From: an uncultured Actinomycetes bacterium | GTDB lineage: Bacteria; Actinomycetota; UBA4738; HRBIN12 | Assembly: GCA_963704885.1 (NCBI GenBank) | Contig: CAVPIB010000001.1 | Span: 384,001 to 448,000, forward strand | DNA length: 64,000 bases | Direction of reading: 5' to 3' | In this document: in pieces, positions 48,639-59,375 of the stretch | How positions within the stretch are numbered: position 1 is the stretch's first letter | Layout: each line of letters begins with the position of its first letter | Notes under the pieces: model-generated | What the model saw: the letters and a program-made list of their open reading frames with translations, nothing else | What the model was told of the DNA's origin: nothing | Database searches by the model: none | Program-made: the position numbers and the translations under genes

Positions 48639-50714
48639 CGAGTCACCCGTGCGTTCGCGGAACCCGACAGAGCGTCCTTGATCGTGAGCTCCACGTCCTG
48701 GATCGTGCTCGTGAAGCGATCGATCATCTCAGCCAGCTCCTCGTCCGTGCTGACGTACGCCGGCGCCAAGAGCGTCTGGTCACCGGCGTATCCGTCGGCC
48801 TGTGGATGAGAGGACGTAACGAGCAGTCCGTGCTCGAGGGCCGTGTCGTCTACGAGCGATGCGACGTCGAGCTCGACGGGAAGGAACGACTCCCCATCGC
48901 TAGGATCGACGAGCTCCACGCCGAGGAGGAAACCCCTGCCGCGAACCTCTCGCACGATCTCAGAACCCTCGAGCGCGGCTTCCAGTTCGTTTCGCAGGCC
49001 CGGTCCCCGGTCTCGGACCCGATCCACCCAACCCCCGCTCGACCAGCAGGTCGAGGACCGCGAGGCCGACGGCCGCGGAGAGCGGAGCACCGTCCCACGT
49101 GTGGCCCAGGTCGAACTCGCGCGAGCCCTGGTCGATGGCGTCGTACACGTGCTGCCGGCAGAGCACGGCCCCGAGCGGCGCGTAACCCGCGCCGAGCCCC
49201 TTCCCCACGGCCACGATGTCCGGCTCGATCGGTAGCTGATGGGCCGCGAGCCAGCTCCCGACGCGACCCATCCCGGAGACCACCTCGTCGAAGCAGATCA
49301 GGAAGCCGTGCTCCTTCCGGCGCTCATCCAGTCCCTTCCAGAAGCGCTCCGGCGGGGAGTACCCGGGCAGGGCGGCCGCGCTCACCGGCTCGCAGAAGAA
49401 TGCCGCGACCGTCTCCGCCCCGGCCTCCTCGAGCAGGCGATCCAGTTCCTGAAGCGCTGCCTCGCCACTGGGGTCGAACCTCCACGTCGACGGTTCGATG
49501 TGGAGGTGGGACGCCAGGTACGGCGAGTACGGCTCCTGGAGCGTTCTTCGGCCGGAGAGGGCGAGCGTCGCCATCGTGGAGCCGTGGTAGGCCTGGGCCG
49601 GGGAGATCACCCGCCAGCGCTCGGGCCGGCCCTGCTCCACGTGGTACAGGCGAGCCAGCTGGAGGGCCGTCTCGTTGGCCTCCGATCCTCCCGACACGAA
49701 CCGGACCCGCGCCATCTCAGGTGTCGCCACTTCCAGCAGGCGGTCCGCCAGGCGCTCCTGAGGTTCGCTCGTGAAGTGGTGGTTGTAGAAGTAGGAGATG
49801 CGCGCGGCCTGGTCTGCGGCCGCGGCGACGATCTCGGGAACGCCGTGCCCCAGACACGAGGCCATCGCCCCGCCCGAGCAGGCGTCGAGGATGCGCCGGC
49901 CGTCGCTCGTGAAGAGCCAGACGCCCTCGCCGCGCTCGATGCTCGTGTACTCGAGGTCGAGGAACCGGGGGAAGACACCCGACTCGCTCCGCGAGCCCCG
50001 CTGTCCGCCCGGCGAGCTCAGCCGAGCGATGTCGCTCAGGTACCGTTCCAACAGCTGCCACGACATCCCCCGGCTATCCGATGCGCGCCGCTTCGTCTCC
50101 TCCAACAACCCGTCTGGATCGACACCGTCGGCGTCGAGCTCGTGGCGGTACACGCGCACCCAATCGTCCATGATCTCGGGCGTCACCTCGGGGTGGAACT
50201 GGAGCCCGAGGCTGCGTCCGGCGACGAACGCCTGCGGGCCGAGGTCGGACTCGGCGATCAGGGTCGCTCCCGGCGGGAGGGTGAACGCGTCGAAGTGCCA
50301 CTGGAACCAAGGTCCCTCGGGCACCAGATCCGGCTCGGTACTTCGTACGGGCAGCCATCCGATCTCCGATTCGGTGCTTCGGTACACGTCGCCGCCGAGG
50401 ACCCGTGCCAGCATCTGGCCGCCGAAGCACAGACCGAGCACGGGGACGTCGGCGTCTACGGCTCGGCGCATGAGACGCGCCTCACGCGGCACGAACGGTT
50501 GCGAGTCGTCGAACGCCGCACCCTCGGCGCCGAGCGAAACGATGAGGTCGTATCCGGAGGGATCGATCTCGCGGTCGTCGATATCGATCCGGAACGTCTC
50601 GACGCTCGCTCCGTGCTCATCGAGCCACTCGGTGACGAGCCCCGGGGGGGTGGGCTCCTCATGCTGGATGATCAACGCTCGCAAGGGTGCCGCGTTCTCG
50701 CCCGCGGGCCTCAT
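48635..50714 (-). CDS. Type 1 glutamine amidotransferase fused to class III aminotransferase (frameshift near 49030)
   Basis: VLGLCFGGQ, QWHFD, LQFHPE continues without a stop into RGEGVWL, SGGSEANE, AYHG, FDEVVSG, VGKGLGAGY. Confidence 0.78.
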
Positions 50715-52087
50715 CGCGGGCCCCCGACGCTCGCTCGCGCGGAAAGCTCCGGCTCCACAACCTCCGCCACGTGACGGACGGCGTCTGCGAACCGGGAGAC
50801 CATCTCCGCGAGCTCGTCGTCGGTCGCGGTGAAAGCGGGCGCGAACAGCGACTGGTCGCCCGCGTAGCCGTCGCGGGTCGGCTGCGTGGACAGCGTGATG
50901 AGATCTCTTTCGAACGCGGCTTCGTCGATCCTGCCGGCCACTCGCATCTCCGGCGGTAGGAACGATGTCCCGTCGCGCGGATCCACGTACTCCACCCCGA
51001 GTAGGTACCCGTGGCCCCGGACCTCGCGCACCAGCGGGACGTCGGAGAGGGCGCTCGCGAGCTCGTCCCGCAGGCGCGGCCCCCGGTCCCTGACCCGCTC
51101 GATCAGCCGCTCCGACCGCATAGCCTCCAAGACGGCGAGCCCCACCGCGCAGGCGAGGGGAGCCCCGTCCCAGGTGTGTCCCAGGGGGAAACGCCGCGAT
51201 CCGCTCGCCACCGCCTGGTACACGTGATCGCGGCAGAGCATCGCGCCGATGGCCACGTAGCCGGCGCCGAGCCCCTTCGCGGTCGCGATGATGTCCGGCG
51301 CGCATGCCGTCTCGGCGCCTGCGAACCAGCTCCCGGTGCGACCCACACCGGTCACGACCTCGTCGAAGCACACCAGGAAACCGTGGCGCTCTCGCCGTTC
51401 GGCCAGGCCCTCCCAGAACCGCCGGGGCGGGGTGTAGGCGGGCAGGGCGGCCGCGCTGATCGCCTCGCAGAAGTACGCCGACACGGTTCCTGGGCCCGCC
51501 TCCTCGAGCGCGCGGTCCAGAGCCTCGAGAGCGGCCTCGCCCGTCGGATCGAAGCGCCAGGTGCTGGGCGGGATATGAAGGTGGTCGGGCATATAGGGCC
51601 CGAATGGGCCATGCAGCCCGGGCCTGCCGGTCAGCGCGAGCGTCTCCATGGTCGGACCGTGATAGGCCTGAGCGGGAGAGATCACCTGCCACCGCTCTGT
51701 CTCGCCACGTTCGACGTGGTAGCTGCGCGCCAGCTGGATCGCCATCTCGTTCGCGTCGGACCCGCTGATCGTGAACCGAACCCGGCTGAAGCCCTCGGGC
51801 GCCACCTCGATCAGCTCGTGCGCCAGTTGCTCTTGGGGCGGGTTCGTGAGCCGTTCGTTATGCACGTAGGCGAGGGTTTCCGCCTGGGCCTTTGCGGCGG
51901 CGGCGATGTCCTTGCGGCCGTGTCCGAGCGTCGCGGCCATCGATCCTCCGCTCATGGCGTCCAGGTACCGATGACCCGCCGCGTCCTCTACCCAGACGCC
52001 TTCGCCACGAACGATGACCGGCATGGCTCTGCCCAGCTCGAGGGGGAGCACGTGGGTCCTCTGGCTCTCGACGAACGCCTCGGCCAT
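50711..52087 (-). CDS. Class III aminotransferase
   Basis: RGEGVWV, SGSDANE, AYHG, FDEVVTGVGRTG, TAKGLGAGY, GHTW. Confidence 0.93.
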   Translation of the reverse strand: MAEAFVESQRTHVLPLELGRAMPVIVRGEGVWVEDAAGHRYLDAMSGGSMAATLGHGRKDIAAAAKAQAETLAYVHNERLTNPPQEQLAHELIEVAPEGFSRVRFTISGSDANEMAIQLARSYHVERGETERWQVISPAQAYHGPTMETLALTGRPGLHGPFGPYMPDHLHIPPSTWRFDPTGEAALEALDRALEEAGPGTVSAYFCEAISAAALPAYTPPRRFWEGLAERRERHGFLVCFDEVVTGVGRTGSWFAGAETACAPDIIATAKGLGAGYVAIGAMLCRDHVYQAVASGSRRFPLGHTWDGAPLACAVGLAVLEAMRSERLIERVRDRGPRLRDELASALSDVPLVREVRGHGYLLGVEYVDPRDGTSFLPPEMRVAGRIDEAAFERDLITLSTQPTRDGYAGDQSLFAPAFTATDDELAEMVSRFADAVRHVAEVVEPELSARASVGGPR

Positions 52088-52180
52088 CCGGCCTCCTCAC
52101 ACGGCTGAGCAGTTGACCCCGGAGTCTAGGGTCTGGGTTCCTACCTCATCCACCGACCCACGAGCGAGCTCAGGGCGGGT

Positions 52181-52900
52181 CTAGCCAACTCCTCCGACAA
52201 CGTCGGCGAACCGGCGGAAGATCTCGCGACCGCGGTCTTGCTGAGCCGCCATGTGGAGCTGCGACTCGGCTCGGATCTGCGTGGCGGACTTCCCCCAAGC
52301 GGCCTTCAGGTCGACCTGGGCGTCGGCCACTTCGAGCCACCAGTCGAGCTCCCACATGTCGACCTCCAGGTGGAACTGGATCCCCCAGGTCCGGTCTCCG
52401 ATCCGGTACCCCTGCATGGGGATCCGATCGCCCGTCATGAGGAGCGTCGCTCCTGCCGGCAGGTCGTGGGTGTCCTCGTGCCACTGGAAGGCCATCTCGC
52501 GATCGCCGAGGAACGACAGGAGGGGATCATCGCTCGCCTCCGGCGTCGGGTGCACCGGCTCGAAGCCGACCTCCCGGACGGGGCCTGGAACCACATCCAT
52601 CCCGGATGCCCGCGCGAGGATCTGCGATCCGAGGCAGATCCCGAGGTAGGGGATGCCTCGTTCCATCGCCTCGCTGGTGTACGCGAGGACCCGCCCGAGA
52701 TAGGGGTACTCATGGACCTGGTCCACGTTCACCGTGCCGCCGAAGACCACGACGCCCGCGACCTGCTCGAGCGGCGGCAGCTCCGTGCCGTCCGACGTGG
52801 CGTCGACCGTGACGATGTCGATCCCCGCGCGGGCGAACGCCCCCGGTGCGACACCGAAGGCCTCGTATGGATCGTTGCGCACCAAGAGCACCGGCTTCAT
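52181..52900 (-). CDS. Type 1 glutamine amidotransferase (gamma-glutamyl amidohydrolase-like)
   Basis: YLGICLGSQ, FQWHED, IQFHLE; TAGCAT -10 7 nt before ATG 52900. Confidence 0.9.
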   Translation of the reverse strand: MKPVLLVRNDPYEAFGVAPGAFARAGIDIVTVDATSDGTELPPLEQVAGVVVFGGTVNVDQVHEYPYLGRVLAYTSEAMERGIPYLGICLGSQILARASGMDVVPGPVREVGFEPVHPTPEASDDPLLSFLGDREMAFQWHEDTHDLPAGATLLMTGDRIPMQGYRIGDRTWGIQFHLEVDMWELDWWLEVADAQVDLKAAWGKSATQIRAESQLHMAAQQDRGREIFRRFADVVGGVG

Positions 52901-52944
52901 CCGGCCGATGCTATCGAGCCCGCGGCTTTCCTGCCGCACTCGCC

Positions 52945-54324
52945 TCAGCCGCGCTCGAAGTATCTCGCCATCTCCCAGTCGGTGACCGTCGTGTTGTCGA
53001 AGATCACCTGCTCCTGCACGGCCGTGTTCAGCAGGTGCTCGAAGACGAAGTCGCCGAACGCCTCACGCGCGACCTTGCTCTTGCGGAACGTCTCGACGGC
53101 CTCGTGCAGCGAGTAAGGGACGCGCGGGACCTTCTTGGCCTCGTAGGCGTTGCCCTTGAACATCTCCGGCGGCTCGACCTTGTTCCTTATCCCGTGAAGG
53201 CCGCCCGCGATGGTTGCGGCCAGGCCGAGGTATGGGTTCATGTCGCCGCCCGGGATGCGACTCTCGACCCGCGCGCCGGTGTGCTCGCCCACCGTCCGGA
53301 ACCCGCACGTACGGTTGTCGCGACTCCAGACGATCGCGGTCGGGGCCCACGAGCCGAGCTGATACCGCTTGTAGGAGTTCACGAACGGCGCGAACATGAA
53401 CGACATCTCTCGCGCGGTCGCCATCAACCCACCCATGTAGTGGCGGTAGGTCTCCGAGAGATGGTGCGGCGCCTTTGCGTCGTACATCAGTGACTTCTTC
53501 CCCGTCTTGTCCCATGCGCTCGAGTGCACGTGGCACGAGGATCCGGCCTCGTCCATGGTCCACTTCGCCATGAACGTGGCGGCGACACCGTTCGCCGCGC
53601 AGATCTCCTTCACGCCGTGCTTGTAGAACGCGTGATAGTCGGCCGTGGTGAGGGCATCCGCGTACGTGATGTTGATCTCGTGCTGGCCCTTCCCGAACTC
53701 GCCCTTGCTGAACTCCACCGGGATCCCCGCGCCCAACATCCCGTTGCGGATCTGCCGGATGATCCACTCGTCCTTGGTGGTCTGGAGCATGTGGTAATCC
53801 ATGATGTACGTCGAGGTCGGACGCAGGTTCCGATACCCGCCTTCGGCGATGTCGTCGTAGGAGTCGCGGAAGAGGTAGAACTCGAGCTCCGTCCCGGTCT
53901 TGATCGTGAGGTCCATCTTCTTCGCGCGTTCGATCTGACGCTTGAGGATCTGCCTTGGAGCGACCTCGACAGGCTCGCCCGTCTCTTCGTCGGCGATGTC
54001 GCAGATCACCATCGCGGTCTTCTCGAGCCACGGGCACCACCGCATCGTGGACATGTCCGGGACCATCCGGAAGTCGCCGTAGCCCGTCTCCCAGCTCGCG
54101 TACTTGTAGCCCGGGAGCGGCTCCATCTCCATGTCGATCGCCAGCAGGTAGAGGCAGGCGTGCAGGCCCTCCTCTCCCAAGATCTCCTCGAAGAAGAAGT
54201 GCGGGACCACGCGCTTGCCCATGAACCGGCCCTGCAGGTCGGTGAACATGCAGAGCACGGTGTCGACCTCGCCCGCGTCCGCCGCTGCCTGCAACTGCTT
54301 AACGTCGAGCATCCCTTGGTTCAT
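52945..54324 (-). CDS. Glutamine synthetase family gamma-glutamylase (GlnA4-like)
   Basis: DLQGRFMGKR, YLLAIDMEMEPLPGY..SWETGYGDF, KGE..GQHEI, GSSCHVH, DNRTCGFR. Confidence 0.9.
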   Translation of the reverse strand: MNQGMLDVKQLQAAADAGEVDTVLCMFTDLQGRFMGKRVVPHFFFEEILGEEGLHACLYLLAIDMEMEPLPGYKYASWETGYGDFRMVPDMSTMRWCPWLEKTAMVICDIADEETGEPVEVAPRQILKRQIERAKKMDLTIKTGTELEFYLFRDSYDDIAEGGYRNLRPTSTYIMDYHMLQTTKDEWIIRQIRNGMLGAGIPVEFSKGEFGKGQHEINITYADALTTADYHAFYKHGVKEICAANGVAATFMAKWTMDEAGSSCHVHSSAWDKTGKKSLMYDAKAPHHLSETYRHYMGGLMATAREMSFMFAPFVNSYKRYQLGSWAPTAIVWSRDNRTCGFRTVGEHTGARVESRIPGGDMNPYLGLAATIAGGLHGIRNKVEPPEMFKGNAYEAKKVPRVPYSLHEAVETFRKSKVAREAFGDFVFEHLLNTAVQEQVIFDNTTVTDWEMARYFERG

Positions 54325-54347
54325 GTCGCCTCCCCCTCACGAACGAA

Positions 54348-54378
54348 CGAGCGCGGCGGCCTCCGGCCGCCGCGCTCG
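54348..54378 (-). terminator. 14-bp intergenic stem-loop between permease and GlnA4-like gene
   Basis: CGAGCGCGGCGGCC-TCC-GGCCGCCGCGCTCG, followed by TTCGTTCG on the minus strand. Confidence 0.55.
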
Positions 54379-54401
54379 AGCGTCAACTCTGAGCCTTATC
54401 G

Positions 54402-56018
54402 CTAGCCCGTCGGCGCAGCCGGCGGCGTTGGGCCCCCGCCTCCGCCCAGGATCGATTCCTGTTCCTCCTTCGAGCTCGAGTAGCCCTCTTGCTCGGGGAT
54501 GCCGCGCTCACCACTCGTTAGGGCGAACTCCTCTTCGGGTGAGAGCACCAGGCGATGCCTCCCAGCGATCGCGAAGTAGATCACGCCGAGGACGTAGTAG
54601 ACAGCCACCCCGTAGACCCCGGGCCGGTAGGCCTCATTCAAGAAGATCGACGCCAGCGAGACCACGGCGATGATGCCGGCGATCATGGCGCCGGCGTTAC
54701 CCCATGGGCTCAAGTAGGGGCGATCGATGTTCGGGAGCCTCTGTCGAAGCAGAACGAACGAGATGCACTGCAGCGTGTAAGAGATCACAGCCGCGAATAC
54801 GGCCATGTTCAACACCGCCGCAACGATCTGACCCGCGGCGTCGCCGCCCTTGCGTCCCAGGTACCAGACGAGCCAGACGACGATATAGCCGACGATCGCG
54901 CCGGCGATCAGGGCCACGTGCGGCGTCTTCCGCTTCCCGCCCGTCTTCGACAGGAACGCCGGGAAATACCCAGCACGGGAGAGCGAGTATGTATTACGGC
55001 CGTAGGCGTAGATGATCGTGAAGAAGCTCGCGATCAGCCCAAGGAGACCGATCAGGCCCAGCAGCTCCGCCGCCGTCCCATCTCCGAACACGCCCTTGAA
55101 ACCATCGAACAACGGTGTGCCCGAAGCTCCGATGGCCGAGGCGCCCCCCCCGATGCCACTGTTGATGAACAGCGTGAGGACGCTAGCGATCAGCAGGGTG
55201 TGCATCCCCCAGATCGTTCCCTTCGGAACGTCCCGCCTCGGGTCCATCGACTCTTCGGCGGCCAGAGGCACTTCCTCGATCGCCAGATAGAACCAGATGG
55301 CGAACGGCAACGACTTGAAGATCCCACTGATGCCGAACGGGAGCCAGGGGCCTCCCCCGTTCGGGAGCGGATCGCCGCCACCGTCCGGGATGTTGAACAA
55401 CAGGCTCGGCTTGAACTTCCCGCCCACCAACGCGGAGACCCAGAACAGCGCGAGGATCCCGAGTGCCACGATGGTGATCCCCACGGTGAACCGCATCGTC
55501 GCCTCGATGCCGATGATGTTGATCCCCACGAAGATCACGTAGAAGACGGCCCACCAGAACGGCTCGCTGTTCCAGAAGGGATCGCCGGTGATATCCAATA
55601 GCCCCGCCATGATGTCGTGCATCAAGACACCCATGGCGGCTACGACCACCGCCGGTGTGATGACGTATTCCGCGTTCTCGGCTAACCCGGTGAGGAATCC
55701 ACCCCACGGCCCCATCGCCGAGCGGGCGAACGAGTACGCGCCACCGGTGTGCGGCAGCGCCGGTGACATCTCTGCGATGGAATAGCAGAGGCCGTAGTAC
55801 ATGACGGCGATGACGGCCGTCGCGATCAGCAGTCCACCGAAGCCCCCGGTGGCCAGCCCGGCGTTCCAGCCGTAGAAGTCGCCCGATATGACGGCTCCGA
55901 CGCCGAGCGCCCAGAGCGACCACACACCTGCGTGACGTCTGAGTCCCCGCTCCTTGAAGTACTCCTCGTCCACCTCCTTGTAGGTGACGGAGCCAACCTT
56001 TCGCTCTCTTTCAGACAC
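54402..56018 (-). CDS. eat: APC-family amino acid/ethanolamine permease
   Basis: LWALGVGAVISGDFYGWN, AIWFYLAIEEVPLAAEE, LSPEEEFAL. Confidence 0.85.
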   Translation of the reverse strand: MSERERKVGSVTYKEVDEEYFKERGLRRHAGVWSLWALGVGAVISGDFYGWNAGLATGGFGGLLIATAVIAVMYYGLCYSIAEMSPALPHTGGAYSFARSAMGPWGGFLTGLAENAEYVITPAVVVAAMGVLMHDIMAGLLDITGDPFWNSEPFWWAVFYVIFVGINIIGIEATMRFTVGITIVALGILALFWVSALVGGKFKPSLLFNIPDGGGDPLPNGGGPWLPFGISGIFKSLPFAIWFYLAIEEVPLAAEESMDPRRDVPKGTIWGMHTLLIASVLTLFINSGIGGGASAIGASGTPLFDGFKGVFGDGTAAELLGLIGLLGLIASFFTIIYAYGRNTYSLSRAGYFPAFLSKTGGKRKTPHVALIAGAIVGYIVVWLVWYLGRKGGDAAGQIVAAVLNMAVFAAVISYTLQCISFVLLRQRLPNIDRPYLSPWGNAGAMIAGIIAVVSLASIFLNEAYRPGVYGVAVYYVLGVIYFAIAGRHRLVLSPEEEFALTSGERGIPEQEGYSSSKEEQESILGGGGGPTPPAAPTG

Positions 56019-56123
56019 GCGGGATTCCCCCTCCCGATCGACGACGCGGCTTTTCCCTGCGTATCTAGCACCAGAAGCCGCTTGTCTGTCAAACGCGCTC
56101 GCGTCGGCGTTCCTCGGGGCGAT

Positions 56124-56399
56124 TCAGCGCGGGTATGGGGTGATTCGCGTCAATCGAGCCAAGAGGGCGACTCCCATCCCGAGTCCCAGACCGGTCGAGA
56201 TGCCCCAGGCGTCAACGACCGATGCGAAGATCGTTCCCAGGAGCAGGCAAGCAAGGACCAGGGGCCACCGAAGTTGCACGTCAACCACGTATCGCAGCAG
56301 CAGTAGGCAGCCGATGAAACCGACCATCGGCCAGTAGTCCCATCCGGAGGAGGGCCCCCCCAGCGGCAAGGGAACGCCTATCGCGATCGAACGCAGCAT
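56124..56399 (-). CDS. Small membrane protein
   Basis: Three hydrophobic segments; TAACAT 7 nt before ATG 56399. Confidence 0.5.
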   Translation of the reverse strand: MLRSIAIGVPLPLGGPSSGWDYWPMVGFIGCLLLLRYVVDVQLRWPLVLACLLLGTIFASVVDAWGISTGLGLGMGVALLARLTRITPYPR

Positions 56400-56435
56400 C
56401 CCCACGATGTTACGGCGGTTGCCCGATAGCGGTAC

Positions 56436-57212
56436 TCAGTCCTCCGGCGTGACGTAGGCCGCCGTGATGCCTCCGTCCACGATCAGCGAGGTCCCGGTCA
56501 TGTAGCTGGAGTCGTCGCTCGCCAGGAAGAGCGCCGCCTTCGCGAGCTCCTCGGCCTGGCCCAGGCGACCCATGGGGATGTGGACCAAACGCCGCTGTCG
56601 GCGGGCGGGATCGGACAGCAGCTCCGCCAAGAGCGGAGTGTCTATCGGTCCCGGACAGAGCGCGTTGCAGCGGATGCCCTTGCGTGCATACTCCACGGCG
56701 ATCTCGCGTGTCATGGCCAGCACGGCACCTTTCGACGCCGTGTACGCGGTCTGCGAGGTGGCTGCCCCCAGCCAGGCTACGAACGAGGCCACGTTGATGA
56801 TCGAGCCTCCACCCGAGGCGATCATGGCCGGCACGCCGAACTTGCAGCCGAAAGCCACGCCCTTCACGTTGATGGCGAGCGTTGTATCCCAGACCGACTC
56901 GTCGGTGGAGTGGACCGATCCGTCCGCGCCCATCATCACGCCCGCGTTGTTGTAGAGCACGTCCAGCCGTTCGAACCGCTCGACCGCGGCGCCCACCATC
57001 GCCTCGGCGTCTGCTTCCTTCGAGACATCGGCGTGAACGAACATCGCCTCGCCGCCCTCGGCCACGATCTCGGCCACCACGGCCTCGCCAGCATGGTCGG
57101 CCACGTCGGTCACCACGACCTTCGCGCCCTCGTTCGCGAACAAGCGGGACGCAACCATGCCCATGCCGCTGCCTCCACCCGTTATCAGCGCGACCTTGCC
57201 ATCCAGACGCAT
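56436..57212 (-). CDS. Short-chain dehydrogenase/reductase
   Basis: [38 protein letters not shown]. Confidence 0.93.
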   Translation of the reverse strand: MRLDGKVALITGGGSGMGMVASRLFANEGAKVVVTDVADHAGEAVVAEIVAEGGEAMFVHADVSKEADAEAMVGAAVERFERLDVLYNNAGVMMGADGSVHSTDESVWDTTLAINVKGVAFGCKFGVPAMIASGGGSIINVASFVAWLGAATSQTAYTASKGAVLAMTREIAVEYARKGIRCNALCPGPIDTPLLAELLSDPARRQRRLVHIPMGRLGQAEELAKAALFLASDDSSYMTGTSLIVDGGITAAYVTPED

Positions 57213-57351
57213 CTTGTCCAACCTCCGTGTCGTGTGCGCGGGTGAAGGGTACGCCGGTGGCGCTACCATCGCCGGGTGGGGGACCCCTCGGTCGCGTCGG
57301 CCGGGATGGTCACCGTGCGGCTGCTCGTTGACGCGAGGAAGGGGTTCGCAG

Positions 57352-58782
57352 ATGGCGGAGATGTTGCTCGTCGGCGGTGAGCGTGTGGCCGCGGCGGAGG
57401 GCAAGACGTTCGAGGTCGTGGAGCCGGCCACCGCTGCGCCGATGGCCGAGGTGTCCGAGGCCGGTCCCGAGGACGCCCGCCGAGCGGTCGACGTGGCCGT
57501 GCGGGCGTTCGAAGAGGGCCCCTGGCCTCGAACCAGCGCGCGCGAACGCGGTCGCGTCCTCACCAAGGCGTCGTTCCTGATCCGCGAGCGCCTGGAGGAG
57601 CTGGCCCAGCTCGAGGCCCGCAACGGTGGAAAACCCATCAGCGCCGCTCGCGGCGAGATCGACATCGTGGCAAACACGTTCGAGTACTGGGGAGGCGCCG
57701 CTAACAAGATCTTCGGCGAATCCATCCCGATCATGCCGCCGGGTATCGACGTCACCATCCGCGAGCCGATGGGGGTCTGCGTCCTGATAACGCCGTGGAA
57801 CTTCCCGGCTGCCATCACGTCCTGGAAGGTGGCGCCGGCGCTCGCCTGCGGGAACACCGCGATCGTGAAGCCCGCTTCCCAGACACCGCTGACCGCCCTG
57901 GTCATGGCCGAGATCTTGGCCGAGGCAGGTCTGCCTGACGGCGCGCTCAACGTGCTGCCGGGTCCCGGCTCGACCATGGCCGGCGCGCTGATCGCGGATC
58001 CGCGGGTCTCGAAGATCAGCTTCACTGGGTCGACCGAGGTCGGAACGAGGGTCATGCAGGAGGCCGCCAATAACATCACGCGCGTCTCGCTGGAGCTGGG
58101 CGGAAAGTCGGCCAACGTGATCTTCGCCGACGCCGACCTGGAGCTATGCGTCGAGAAGTCGATCTGGTCGGTGTTCGACAATGCGGGCCAGGACTGCTGT
58201 GCTCGGTCCCGAGCCTTCGTGGAACGCCCGATCTACGAGGAGTTCATCGAGCGCTTCGCCAAGCGCACCGACTCGATCGCGGTTGGGGAGCCGCTCGACG
58301 AGGCCACGGAGATGGGCCCGCTAATCTCGAAGGGGCAGAGGCAGACCGCGCTCGACTACATCCAGATCGGCGTGGACGAAGGCGCCCGCCGTGTCACGGG
58401 CGGTGAGGTCCCCGATCGCCCGGGGTTCTTCATGCGTCCCACCGTCCTGGCAGACGTCCACAACGACATGCGGGTCGCCCGGGAAGAGATCTTCGGCCCG
58501 GTTGCCTCGATCCTGCCGTTCGACACCGAGGAGGAAGCGATCCGCCAGGCGAACGACTCGCCGTACGGGCTTTCGGGCTCGGTGTGGACCCGAGACATCG
58601 GGCGTGCGATCCGCGTCGCCAAGGGCATCCGCACCGGTGTGATCAGCGTGAACTCCTCGTCGAGCGTGTTCACAGAGGCCCCGTTCGGCGGATACAAGCA
58701 GAGCGGGATGGGGCGTGAGATGGGGATGCACGCCGCTGAGCTCTACACCGAGCTCAAGAACATCTACCTCAGCGAGGTCTAG
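57352..58782 (+). CDS. Aldehyde dehydrogenase
   Basis: [45 protein letters not shown]. Confidence 0.95.
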   Translation: MAEMLLVGGERVAAAEGKTFEVVEPATAAPMAEVSEAGPEDARRAVDVAVRAFEEGPWPRTSARERGRVLTKASFLIRERLEELAQLEARNGGKPISAARGEIDIVANTFEYWGGAANKIFGESIPIMPPGIDVTIREPMGVCVLITPWNFPAAITSWKVAPALACGNTAIVKPASQTPLTALVMAEILAEAGLPDGALNVLPGPGSTMAGALIADPRVSKISFTGSTEVGTRVMQEAANNITRVSLELGGKSANVIFADADLELCVEKSIWSVFDNAGQDCCARSRAFVERPIYEEFIERFAKRTDSIAVGEPLDEATEMGPLISKGQRQTALDYIQIGVDEGARRVTGGEVPDRPGFFMRPTVLADVHNDMRVAREEIFGPVASILPFDTEEEAIRQANDSPYGLSGSVWTRDIGRAIRVAKGIRTGVISVNSSSSVFTEAPFGGYKQSGMGREMGMHAAELYTELKNIYLSEV

Positions 58783-58817
58783 ACGGCCCCTCCGGGACCG
58801 CGGATACACTCGGAGCC

Positions 58818-59357
58818 ATGGTGGAACTCCCCGAAGAGCTGCAAGATCGGCCGCCTCGCCAACCTGGGCATGAGCCTACGGCCAGGCTTACGCTGGATGC
58901 CTACCTCCGTCTGAAGGCTGAGCTCGAGGAGTTCATGACATCGGGTCGGACGCACATCTCTGCGCGGATCAAGGTCGCCCGCGAACACGGCGACATCCGA
59001 GAGAACTCGGAGTACGACGCCGCCAAGAACGAGCAGGGTCTCATGGAGTCGAAGATCCGCAAGCTGCAACACATGCTGCGGGACCCAGAGATCGTCGAGG
59101 CTCCCTTGGACAGCGATGCGGTCGGCCCCGGCATGCTCGTCACCGTGCGCCCGCTCGACGACGACGATCCCGAGGACGAGACCTACCTGCTGGCTGAGCA
59201 CGCGGAGGAGAGGGCGAAGGGTGCCCGCACCGTTACCACGACATCGCCGTTCGGGTCGGCGCTCATGGGTGCCGCCGACGGGCAGGAGATCGTGTACGAG
59301 GCGCCGGGCGGCAACTTCCGCTACGTGGTCGTCGGGTTCGAACCTCATACCGGATAG
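58818..59357 (+). CDS. greA: Transcription elongation factor GreA
   Basis: AREHGDIRENSEYDAAKNEQ, SPFGSALMG. Confidence 0.9.
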   Translation: MVELPEELQDRPPRQPGHEPTARLTLDAYLRLKAELEEFMTSGRTHISARIKVAREHGDIRENSEYDAAKNEQGLMESKIRKLQHMLRDPEIVEAPLDSDAVGPGMLVTVRPLDDDDPEDETYLLAEHAEERAKGARTVTTTSPFGSALMGAADGQEIVYEAPGGNFRYVVVGFEPHTG

Positions 59358-59375
59358 CTAGTCTGTGATGGACTA

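Noticed and set aside
56436-58181. 581-aa SDR, 606-aa kinase and 786-aa LOX N-terminal extensions in the ORF track
   Set aside because: Extensions overlap divergent genes; true starts are at 57212, 7398 and 62035.
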